A stretch of 64,000 bases of DNA from Vicugna vicugna. Taxonomy: Eukaryota. Shown piece by piece: positions 13,800-24,642 of the stretch. The stretch is taken from positions 9,093,819-9,157,818 of the forward strand of contig MU058065.1 of the NCBI GenBank assembly GCA_013265495.1. Direction: 5' to 3'. Positions within the stretch are counted from its first letter, which is position 1, and each line of letters starts with the position of its first letter. The notes beneath the pieces are model-generated. The model made no database searches and was not told where the DNA came from. It worked only from the letters and a program-made list of their open reading frames with translations. The translations under genes were made by a program, and so were the position numbers.

Positions 13800-15739
13800 T
13801 TAGAGCTTAAATAGAATGTTAACAAATGACAGTGGTACATTTCTTTTTCTTGGATTTCAGACAATGTTGTCCATTAGTTAGGTAACTGGAGGGAAAAAAA
13901 TCCCCTTCTTTCATAGTTATCCAATCAAAGAAAACAGAGAAGAGAAAATGCCTTCAATCCAAAGATGAAGCAATTCTCAGCTTTTTCCTAAAGTCATCCC
14001 TAATGAAGGAAACAGAATTCTTTCTCTGCTCCCAAACCATGTCCTTCTTTGTTCTAACAGAAACTCTTGTTTCACCTTCTCTAGAAAGCTTTCACTCCCC
14101 CCTCGACACCCTCCCTCTGTTTACACAGATTTGTATTCTCAATAAGCTCCTCCTCTACCCCTTGCTCCCTCTACACTATGACACTTTGAGCAACTTGAAG
14201 GCAAATAACAAACTCAGCTATACTTTCTAAGACCCTCTTAAAGGCTTCAGATGTGAGGAGCACCCAATAAACCTTCTTTTACATCAAATGACCCAATTCT
14301 TTTTTCTTTATTTCAGATTTGTCTGGCTCCTAGAGTCAGCCTTATATTTCCAGGCTTCTAGTCTAATTTGACCTCACTTTATGAAGTTTCATGTATGCAC
14401 TTTCGTGGGCTCTAATTCTTTCAGTTCAAAATGCCTCTGAGCAAATATTTTTATTTCTCTCTGTAATGATTCAATACAGTTGGGCAAAGCTTTTAAAGTC
14501 TACTTTTAATTACCTCTGATGTTCACCTGACGGTGGTTAAACCCTCAAGATACTTAAGGAGAAACCACACGGTATGTAGTTGGTAGCCTGCCATAAAACA
14601 AAAGTATGTGTTTCCCCAACATAATGCCATTCTGGCCAATTTAGAAGCTTTAGACATATTTCTTAATTCAGGGAAATTAATATGACGTCTCCTTGAAGTT
14701 ACGTATTTTACTTTTTCCAGAGTCAAGTTTTTGATTGTTTTGTCAGTAATTCTAGATAAAAGAAAGAACTTTTACGTTGATTAATCATAACTTTCAAACT
14801 ATCTCATAGGTAAGTGAAGATTTCCTTTTGCCTACAGAATATTATGATAATAAATTTCACATAGTTCATATGCATACTTCTCAGGTTTCAGATGGAGCCT
14901 TTTGGGGGCACCTTTTCCTTGATCTAAAGGTATAGAAGATTATTGCCAATGTTTTGCTAAAAGAAAGCAACTAGAAAAAGCAATGTTTCACTTTCCTACA
15001 CTTTATATTTACACATATAATTACACATACTGTATGTCTCGATAAGTGCTTGTTAAGAGAAGAATGTGTGGCACGCCTGATGTGAGCAGCGCAGGTGGAC
15101 AGTATGACCCCAGCTTTAACACGAAAATAACCTGAAGGACAAGCAGGCGAAATGATTCTCGCCCGAGATCCACAGCTCCTAAGGACGGACCTGAGGTCTC
15201 CTGACACCACATATGGTGGTCTTTCCAGATGCTTGGGTGTATACATATTCCACCCAAAACTGGAACATCTGTCCCCGTGCCATTATTGACATTTGTCCTA
15301 TCAATTTATTCTAGTTTGATGACAAGAGAAAACACCAGCTGAAAATAGCATTACAATTGTAATTGCTACTATTGTTGAACCTTTGCTATGATTGGATGAA
15401 AACCTGTTTTCTAACTAAGAATTAACTGGACTGAACCCATCCTAAAGTTAGTTAGATCACTCCTAGGACCTGAGTTACCCTCCAGAGAGCTGAACCCAAG
15501 GCTGAAAAAGGGAAGGATAGGTTATAGTCTTAGGACATTCTTTGTTGCAGCCTCTAGAAATGCCTTTAGAGGACTTTCAGTAAGTTTCTTTGCTTTCACT
15601 CTCTAAAGGCTATTTATCCCACTCCAAGAAAACTATGGAGCATTTCCTTTGAAAACTGAGTGCCTGCCCATGCTCTTTGAACTCCTGGCCCTAGAAGATC
15701 CCTATGAAGGGGCATTTTGTCACACCACCTGGGAGCTAA

Positions 15740-16860
15740 TGGTGCCGTCTTGGCTCTGCGACCCGCAGCTTGCAAAGGAGGCGACCTGCCCTAAAATATC
15801 TGCTCTCATCAAAGCCTCAATCACTAGCTACCTCAGCGGCGGACTTTCTGCTAAAATGCAGGCACGCAATCTAATGTCAGGCATCAGAGTTCAGAGAAGC
15901 TGGCTAAGAGAGTGAAGAGGGGCCACCGCTCAGCGCTTGGCGAGGACACACCCCCCGCATCAGCCACGACGGTCCCACCCACCGTTCAGATCCGGGGGTC
16001 AGAGCGCCCAAGTCCCGCCGAGAGACCCGCGCCAGAGCGCACCTTTGACTCATGGAGTCGGACGCTTCTTTTTCAAATTACCCATCCTCGGCTAGGTTAA
16101 CGTGAAGAAACTGTCAAAACAGCACGGAACTGCAAAAGCCTCCGCAGCGTCCTGCAGAAGCATTTCCCGGCCCGTGAGCCTCCGAAGAAGCCACGCGAAG
16201 GTGTGGTCGGCCCCTTACCTGGCTCTCTCAGCCCGGGTCCCAGGCGGTGCTCAAGACCGAAGTCGGAATCGCCCTTCACCGTCCCCAGGACCGAGCCGCT
16301 GACGCCATCGTCAGTAGGGGATTTGCATTTCTCCTCCCACTTGAGGCTTTCCTGTGCGTCAGTGTGCGAGTCTCTGGGACTTGACTTGGGTCGTTCACAC
16401 CCACTCGCTATTCTAGAAACGCTAAAGAGCAGAAACAGGCTGAACCCCGTTTGCCAGGCGCCCCCCCCCAGTCGGGCTACTGCCGGGGTCCCAAGGGTGT
16501 CGGGGGAGCCGGGTGGGTGGGGATCACACACACTCATTTTCTTCCGATTTCCCCAAACCATCTGAGACCCCCTGCAGACTTACTTGCCTGGAGCTAAATT
16601 CCTGGCTTCCGGACTTCCTCCTTTCAGACTCCACTTACCGTGGAAGGTCTGCCCCTGGGGCGGAAGAGGTGGGTAGCCAAGATGATAATATCAAATCAAA
16701 GACCTCCCTGTGCTCCGATTCCAGCAGGGTCTGCTCCCTGGGAGGAAGACAACCTCACCAAAAGGTCTGGACCACCTTACTAGCCCAGCGCCCGCCTTCC
16801 CTTCCCAGTGGCCCTACACCTGGTTGCCGGGATACGCCCTTCTGTGACATAGGCGCCTTC
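15740..16860. promoter_or_regulatory. CpG island / proximal STAT4 promoter
   Basis: GC and CpG density rise sharply compared with the flanks. Motifs: octamer ATTTGCAT 16321-16328, CRE-like TGACGCCA 16300-16307, and ETS-type GGAAG cores (CTTCCGG, ACTTCCTC) near 16605-16620. Confidence 0.9.
16219..16450 (-). other. STAT4: STAT4 non-coding exon 1 (5' UTR); 3' boundary exact, 5' boundary approximate
   Basis: Minus strand ...CTTGAGCACCGCCTGGGACCCGGGCTGAGAGAGCCAG|gtaagg has a strong donor and closely resembles the human STAT4 5' UTR as I recall it (CTTGAGCACTGCCTGGGACCTGTGCTGAGAGAGCGCTAG). It lies in the CpG island. Confidence 0.85.
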
Positions 16861-17790
16861 TAGAATCACAGAGCTGGAGGGAGCCTTGGCCTCACCTGGT
16901 TCTAACTCCTCTTTCATATCTGAAGAGACTGAGCCCAGAGAGGTGATCTGAGTCCTTCCAGGAGTTAGCTGCGGGCCTGGATGAGAATCCAGGGGTTTCA
17001 GCTCCCTCCTTAGTAGTCTTTACATTTGGTCTCCGAGCTCCTGACACACAGTAAGAGTTCCATAAATGTTCGGGAAAATAAAGACAAAAGTAAAGGAAGA
17101 TAGACTAAAAGAGGTAGAAAGAATGACTCCATCTTCTTACACACATTCCTAGAGCAATATACCGAGGTTAACATTCCTTGCTTCCCCTTTCACCCAGCCA
17201 GCCATCACACAGGTAGGGACGCTGGATTCTCCCCTTTCATGTGACAGAATCATGTGATTAAATTTAACACCCCTCCCTCACTCACAAAAAATAAGTCAAT
17301 CAATCCCAAAGTCACACATCTAATTCAAAGTCATCACTCTGAATTCCCTGTCAGGTAGACCTGGTCCTGGCTGCCTGCTCACTGGGTGGTTTCCAGGAGC
17401 TTTTGCTGCTCTGTCCCCGACTGAAGGAAGTGCCTCAGTTGGGCTCTTCCATAAGCTGCGGGGCAAAGGCTGGGTTTCTTCTCAGGAAGCAGTCACTGCC
17501 CAAAGAATTGGAAAAAGTCAAATTCTTGGCCCTCAAAGTTCTGGCCTATTTGGTCCTAACCTCTCCTTTTCTCCCCCCAGCAAGAGCCTATGATCTCATG
17601 CAGACCAACCTCCCCTGCTCCCCAGAGGAACCTCTCATGTCTCAGTCTTGATGCTCCCTTCAAAGGCAGTTTCTTCCCCCGACTTGTCTACTTATTGAAA
17701 TTCTCTCCTTCGCAGTGAAAATTTCACTGATGACCCCAATCCACAGCAACATTTCCCTGCTCTGAATTCTCATCTCTCTTCCCATCCAAG

Positions 17791-18109
17791 CTAGTGCTGT
17801 CCAAGAGAACTAAAATTCAAACCACATGTTTAAATGTTCTAGTAGCCACATTAAAAAAGGAAAAAAAAAAGGCAGGTGGCATCAATTTCAATACTATAAA
17901 AAACCCAATACATACAGCCTATTATTTCAGCATATAGTCAATACAAAAAGTTACTAATGAGAGACAGCATTCAGCATTCCTTATTTCACACCAAGCCTGT
18001 GGAGTCTAGTGTGTACTTGGCACTTTGAGAACATCTCAGTTCAGATAAGTCTCATTTCAAGTGCTTCGTAGCCACATCTGGCTAGCGGCTACCATATTGG
18101 ACAGCACAG
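17791..18109. mobile_element. MER33/MER3-like hAT-Charlie MITE
   Basis: Inverted termini GTGCTGTCCAA...TTGGACAGCAC and internal TAGCCACAT/TGGCTAG motifs. Confidence 0.8.
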
Positions 18110-18271
18110 ACCTAGCTCACCCATTTAGCACTTTTCACTTCCTGCCTTATAGTGTTAGTCATATTGGCAAAAGGTCTTTATCATCATTATACTCAACTGT
18201 TGAGTGACTGATGTACGAAGCAGAGAGTTTGTTCCCATCTTCCTTTTAAGGACCTCACTTTGGGATGCTCC

Positions 18272-19970
18272 CAGCAGCTCTCAAACTATTTGGTCTCAAG
18301 ATACTTCTATACTATTAAAATTGTTGACAACTCCAAAGAATTTTTGTGTATTACTCTTCTGTATTAGAATTAATTATTTACTGCATCCAAACTTAAAACA
18401 TTTATTCGTTTAAAATTATAGTCATAAACTCATTATGTGTTAAAATAAACATTTTTCAAAATGAAAAACAAGCACATTTTCCAACACACAGAAAATAGAA
18501 GAGTTCCGTTGATGCACGTTTTTGAAAATCTCTCTGATGTCTGGCTTGAAAGAAGATGGCTGGATTCTTATACCTGCTTCCACATTTGATTTACTGTAAA
18601 ATATTATTTTGGTTGAAGTATTTGAAGAAAATTTGGACTCACATAGATATATAATTGGAAAAGGGAAGAGTATTTTAATAACCTTTTCAGATAATGTGAA
18701 TATTCTTCTTTGATACCTCACCAAAACTCAACAAATGGTAGCCCCTAAAGAGTTAGCTGTACTGTGGAATGTGAAATCCTATGAGCAAGTGCTATATATG
18801 CTGTTACATTAAAATCCATTGGTATACCTTGTATTTTCAATTGAACTCTTACCCATACATAATTTTGTAATTTCTCACATTGGCCATTTGGAAAATATTG
18901 GTCTGAATTATGCAGCTCTTCCAAATGTTGACACACTTCATTGTACAATATCAGAAAATCATATTTGTTAACATCAGCATTGATCTCATTAGAAAAGTAT
19001 TTTAAGTCTTGGGAAGCTGTTAAACACATGATGACAGACACAAGTTTTCCAAATTCTAGTTTTTGCTTAAAAGCTCCAATTTTATTATTGGCAACAGATT
19101 TTGCCAATTGTTTTCCTTGAAGTGACTTTGTTCATTTTCAGGAAAATGTCTTCTGAATACCCAAGTCAGCACAACCATAGTTTGTCCATCATTCTTTCAA
19201 GGAAAAGTGGCCAGGACAACGGGTGGGAAATGCAAACAATCACACAAGTGCTTTTCCTTGAGATGACTATCGTATATTAATATGTATGTGTCCCATTTCA
19301 TCACAGAGAATATTAAGGAGACATGGATTTAAGGTCTGAGATTTAATAAAATTAACAAGTTTTCCTGTTTCACTGAGAAAATTCTTAAGTCAAACTAGCA
19401 TTTAAAACTGTTAAGTGTGTATATATGGAATCTAAAAAAGTGATACAAATGAACTTATTTACAAAACAGAAGCAGACTCAGACATAGAAAACAAAACTCT
19501 TAGTTACCAAAGGGGAAAGGCGTGAAGGGGAGGAATAAATTAGGAATTTGGGATTAATAGATGCACACTACTATATACAAAACAGACAAACAACAAGGTC
19601 CTACTGCATAGCACAGGGAACTATATTCAATAGCTTATAACAACCTAAAATGAAAAAGAATATATATATGTATCTATAACTGAATTATTATGCTGAACAC
19701 CAGAAACTAACACATTGCAAATCAACTACAATAAAAAAATTTTTTTCCGTGTGTGGTAATGAAGAATGCAATGACTGCAGGATAATTTGGTACCACTGTC
19801 TTGGTTCATTCTGAGACACCAGCATTACCTGTCATTGCTTTGGTGCCAATGTCAACAGAGTGAAAAGGCAAAACAGTATTATTATAAAAAGCAGTTTTAC
19901 CTTAGCAGATCCCCTGAAAAGACTTGGGGACTACCCACAGGGATCCTTAGTCAACACTTTTGGAGCCTCT
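18272..19970 (-). mobile_element. Charlie1-like hAT DNA transposon with decayed transposase C-terminus
   Basis: ORF remnants 18440-18724 and 18745-19107 contain LSEKVIKILFPFPIIYLCESKFSS...IRIQPSSFKPDIREIFKN, a hAT dimerisation-domain signature. The termini are Charlie-like (CAGCAGCTCTCAAA...TTTGGAGCCTCTG). Confidence 0.85.
19421..19740 (+). mobile_element. 5'-truncated L1 3' end nested in Charlie1
   Basis: Typical cetartiodactyl-type L1 3' UTR (AACAACAAGGTCCTACTGCATAGCACAGGGAACTATATTCAAT) with an A-rich tail. Confidence 0.8.
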
Positions 19971-20236
19971 GCTCCATCCACCATCTCCAATCCACTGTAG
20001 TCAGTTACCCAGAGATACGTATCATGACGGAACCTCTGCCAAAATGAACATTTTTTCTTGGTTAAAACATCTGCTAAAACCTGTTTCCCTTCTTATTTCA
20101 TGAACTGAGCCAGGCTTCTAAGAAAGGGTATCTCTAGATTCACTTTGCTTCTTTTTCTTAGAAACAAAGAATCAAGTCTAAAAAGCTGGGTTCTCAATTT
20201 CTTGGCCCCAACCTGACCTCATCAGTTACTCAGAGG

Positions 20237-20288
20237 AAAGAAAAAAAAAAAAAGAAAAAAAAGGAAAGAAAGAAAGAAAGAAAGAAAA
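20237..20288. repeat. Poly-A / (GAAA)n tract
   Basis: A-runs followed by repeated GAAA units. Confidence 0.9.
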
Positions 20289-21344
20289 TCTAAAGCAAAA
20301 TAAACCAAAACACTCTAAGGTGAAATCCCATAGAGTTTCCCAAACTCAAAGATCTTCAGAGACTCCTCTCTCCCCTATAAATGGTCCCTCAATTGCCCTG
20401 GTCATAAGTCCTATTGTTAGCTTTTTTTTTTTGGCTTTATCTTAGGAAGGAAATACCAAATTTATTGACTTCCAGAAGAACAGATTCTAGTTATGATTTG
20501 CCACTTTCTAGCAGTACAAAGACCCAACCAACCTCTGAGTCCCAAACTCCATATAAAAATGGGGATATGATAGCCCACATGAAATTGCTGAGAAGATTCA
20601 AAGATCTAATGCCAGGAATGAGAGAATGGAAAGCCTCACAGCTGTTATTAATAGAATAATAAACATAAGGTTGTGAGAAACGTTGGAGGTCACTAGGTTA
20701 ACCCTCCACCTTCCCTTTCCCCTCGTACAGATGGAGTTTCAGAGATGAGATGAAGAGAGGTGAAGTGAGGTAGGCTGGTAAATCGTAGACCAGAGGCAGA
20801 GAGGATTCAGTCAGTTCCGCTGATTGCTTTTTTCGCTGTGCAAAGTTCCTTATTTTGGAGGCAATGAGACTGGATGAGAAGGCATATCGCTCTCCCTTGC
20901 TGCAGGGTGTAAGCCAGCTCCACCTTCTTCCAGTTCTCGTCAAAAGAATATAAACATTTGTTTGCTTTCATTTTGTGGTAGCACCTTACCTCGCCTGTCC
21001 AAACTTCCTCTCTTGTGTGTTCCAAGGGAACGGGACTGGGTGAGAGTTGGTGGACAGATGGAAAACGTACATATAGAAAGATACCCTAGATTCCGAGGTA
21101 GCTAGTATCAAATGAGCGGTAGTAGGATTACTGGGACAAGGCAGCCTGGTGTGGGTCTCACCAGCTCACCTGTGTATAGATTGCTCAAGCTACACCAAAA
21201 CAGGGAGATGACTGCTTAATACCCATCTTAAACTAGTTCTCTCAGGTTCAGTTCCCAGTGACAGTGCTCCCTCTACTGGCCCCTCAGAAGCATTGCTATT
21301 TACAAATCAGCATTCTTTCCCATGATAGCATTTTTCCAGCTCTA

Positions 21345-21560
21345 ATTCCATGCCAGGCATGGTGCTGAGAGCTTCACATGCATTGTTTTACCTAATCCTC
21401 ACAACACACCCCAGGATTAAGTACCATTCTTATCTCCAATTTATGAATAAAGAGACCAGGCTTAAGGAAGCTAGAGAAACTGGTCACTGTTAATTCGATG
21501 GTAAGGGGCAGATTCAGGATTCAAACACAGGACCATCTGATTCCAGAAACAACACTTGTA
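21345..21560 (-). mobile_element. MIR SINE
   Basis: TGCCAGGCATGGTGCTGAGAGCTTCACATGCATT..TAATCCTCACAACA..GGATTCAAAC. Confidence 0.7.
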
Positions 21561-22244
21561 ACCAATCGACTTTACTAAAATCTTACCTGCTCTTATAAGA
21601 AAAGCAATAAGCTGCTCAGAGAGCTATGGAAGTAAGTTTAAGGCTCTAAACACAAAAGTCAAAATAGGCTCATTACATAGTTTATTGGTTACAGGTGATG
21701 CATGGACTCTGCTTCTCCAGTGTTCCTGTGGAGCATATGGACAATTAGCCATGCGTTTAAAAGTCCTTGATGTATCATGATGGTAGACACATTGCTGACA
21801 GAATTCCAAAACATTTAGCAAATCACATGCTTTTACAGCATCTCGTTTCTACTATGCATAAGGTGACTCTTTCTGCTGAGCTACAAATTAGAAAATGAGG
21901 TCTGACAGCAGGCTAGGATATTTGAGTTGTAGACGCTTCCAAAAAAAATAAAAACCAAAACAATTCTGTTTGTCTGGCCAGTTAAATAGCCCTTAACCAC
22001 TCTATTTTATTATTTTTCATATGCTGTTATATCTCTCTGGATTGAATATTGGAGGATGAGAAATAAATGTTATTTTTCTTTGTGTTTCAGTGTTCAGCTC
22101 AGTGCCTGGCATAGAGCAGGTATTCAAGAAAATAAATGGACAGAAGACCTGATGAAAGGCTCCATTATCATAGTCTGTCCTGGGAAGAGCTCTTTCTGGT
22201 GACTCCTTGTCTAGTCCCTTTGTCCCCACCAAGGTGGTCTAGCC

Positions 22245-24480
22245 TACTAATATGATGGGTTACGTTAATTTTCAAATATTAAACCACTCTTGCACTCCGT
22301 GAATAAGCCCCATTTGGTGTGAGGTATATTCTTTTGTACATTTTGCTGGACTTAATTTGCTACTATTTAAAAAAGGTTTTTAGCATCTGTCTTCATGAGA
22401 GATACCGCTCTGTAACTTTATTTGTTTCTTGTAATGTCTATGTTGGAATTTGTTGTTAGAATAATGCTGGTTTCAGAATGTGTTGAGAAGAATTTCTTCA
22501 ATTTTCTGGAAGAGATTTTATAGACTTGGTATTGTTCCTTCCCTAAATGTTTGAAATAATTCAGCAATGACGTTATCTCTGTCTGGAGTTTTCTTAGTGG
22601 GAAATTTTTAAACTACAAATTCAATTTCTTTACTAAACATGAGTCTATTCTGGTTACTTTTTTCCTCTTGAGTAAGCGTTGATGGTTTGTATCATTCGAA
22701 GAATTTATCAGTGTTATTTAAATTATTGTATTTAAATTGGAAAGGATACTCTGTAAAGAAAACTACAAAATTTAAATCATCTTTTGTTCAATAAAAAAGT
22801 TTAAAAATTGTTATATTTATTTATATAAAGTTGTTCATGTTAGCTTTTTGTTCTTTTAACATCTGTAGAATCTGTAGTAACGCCATCTCTGTCAGTCCTG
22901 ATATTGGTTAATCTGTGTCTTCTCTCTTTTTTAGGACAATCTGACTAGAAGTTTATCAATTTTATTGATTGCCTCAAAGAGCAAGCTTTTGGTTTCATTG
23001 ATTTTTTCTCTGTTGCTTTTCCGTTATTTCATTGATTTCTGCTCTTGTTTTTATTATTTCCCTTCTTCCACTTACTTTGGCCAACTTGCTTTTTTTCCCC
23101 ATGTGTCTTAAAGTGGGTCCTTAGGTCATTGATCGGACTTTTCCACTTTTCTAAGATAAGCATGTATGTATTCCCCCTATTCACTGCTTTAGCTGCATCC
23201 CACACATTTTGATATATTGTATTTTAATTTTTATTCATTCTGTTTCAAATACTTTCTAATTTCCCTTGTGATTCTTTCTTTGACACATTTTTTGTTTTTT
23301 TTAAGAAGTGTGTCATTTAGTTTCCAAATACATAGAGATTTTCCAAATATCTTTCTGTTTTGTCTTACTTAATTCCATTGTGGTTAGAGAATATACTTTT
23401 TATTATTTGAATCATTTTAAATTTATTTGAATCTTGTTTTATGGCGCAGCATATGATAGTCAACATGATAGTCATGGTCAAAATTTAGGATGCACTTTAA
23501 AGAATATGTTTTCTTCTGCTGTTGAGTGGTGTTCGCTCATATCAGTTAAATCAAGTTGGTTGATGACATTGTTCAAGTCTTCAGTATCATTCCTAATTTC
23601 CTGCCTATTTATTCAATCTATTGTTATCAGAGGAGTGTTGAAATCTTCCGTTATAATTCTGGATTTGTTTATTTTTCCTTCCAGTTTTGTCTTTTTTTCT
23701 GTTTCATGTATTTAGAAGCTCTATTATTAAGTGCATAAGCATTTAGGATTGCTTGGTCCTCTTGATGGTTTCCCCCTTGATCATTATGAAATCCCTCTTT
23801 ATCTGTGATAATGTTTTTTGCTCTGAAGTCTGCTTTGTCTTAAATTTATATCACCACTTCAGCTTTCTTTGATTCATGTTGGCATGGCATATTATTTCCC
23901 TTTTAACTTATTTATTTATATTTGAAGTGGGTTTCTTGCAGGTAGCCTATAATTGGGTCTTGCTTTTCTATCCAATTTGCTAATTTCTGTCTTCATCGTG
24001 TACTGTGTGCTTTCTCCACTCTGGCTGTTGGGATTATGAACTATGGGTAGCCTTGTGTAAACTCTAGAAATTGTCCCACCCTCTCCTTTTAGAGGTTTCA
24101 TACCCCTCCTCCCCCAGCTCTGGGTAGTTCTTTCACACACACGCACTAGTTGGGACTCAGCTGAAGAAACAAGGGGAGCCTTACGCCATCTCCTTTCTGG
24201 TGCTCTGCCCTGTGAACTCAGCCAGCTTGGCCTCCCCAAGCTCTCAGTTCTGTCTCCTCATCTCAGGGAAACTGCCAGGCTCTGTGAGTCCCCTCTTACT
24301 GCACTGCAGTCTGGAAACTTCTTCCAGAAAATAAGCTAGGGCAATCATGAAAATTGCCTCATTTCTTCCCTTCTTTCATGGATCATTCTCTTGCACTGCC
24401 TGTTGTCCGAAACACCAGTGTTTTATGTATCTTGCAACTGTTTTCAAAGTTGTTTAAGGTAGGAGGGTAAATCCATCCCT
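22245..24480 (-). mobile_element. Antisense L1M ORF2/5' fragment
   Basis: T-rich antisense L1 signature: CTAGAAGTTTATCAATTTTATTGAT, TTAGCTGCATCCCACA, TTAATTCCATTGTGGTTAGAGAA. Confidence 0.8.
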
Positions 24481-24482
24481 GG

Positions 24483-24642
24483 AAGTTTTGCCAGATTTAG
24501 CAAAACACAACAAGACAAGACTCTCAGCTAAAGCTGAATATCAGACCAACAACAAATACTTTTTACTATGACCATACGTATAGTATAAGTATATCTGAAA
24601 ATCAGATTTAATGGGCTTCTTGGATTTTATCTGGCAACCTTA
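24483..24642. mobile_element. MER53-like hAT MITE
   Basis: Inverted termini TTGCCAGATTTAGCAAA...TTATCTGGCAACC. Confidence 0.6.

Noticed and set aside
16097..16561. 154-aa minus-strand ORF through exon 1 as a possible STAT4 N-terminal extension
   Set aside because: 343 nt to the donor plus 1 nt of exon 2 puts it out of frame with the STAT4 ATG. Long ORFs are expected in GC-rich islands.
18440..19107. Possible domesticated hAT transposase gene (ZBED/SCAND type)
   Set aside because: Split by stops and frameshift, C-terminal part only, and embedded within intact transposon ends.
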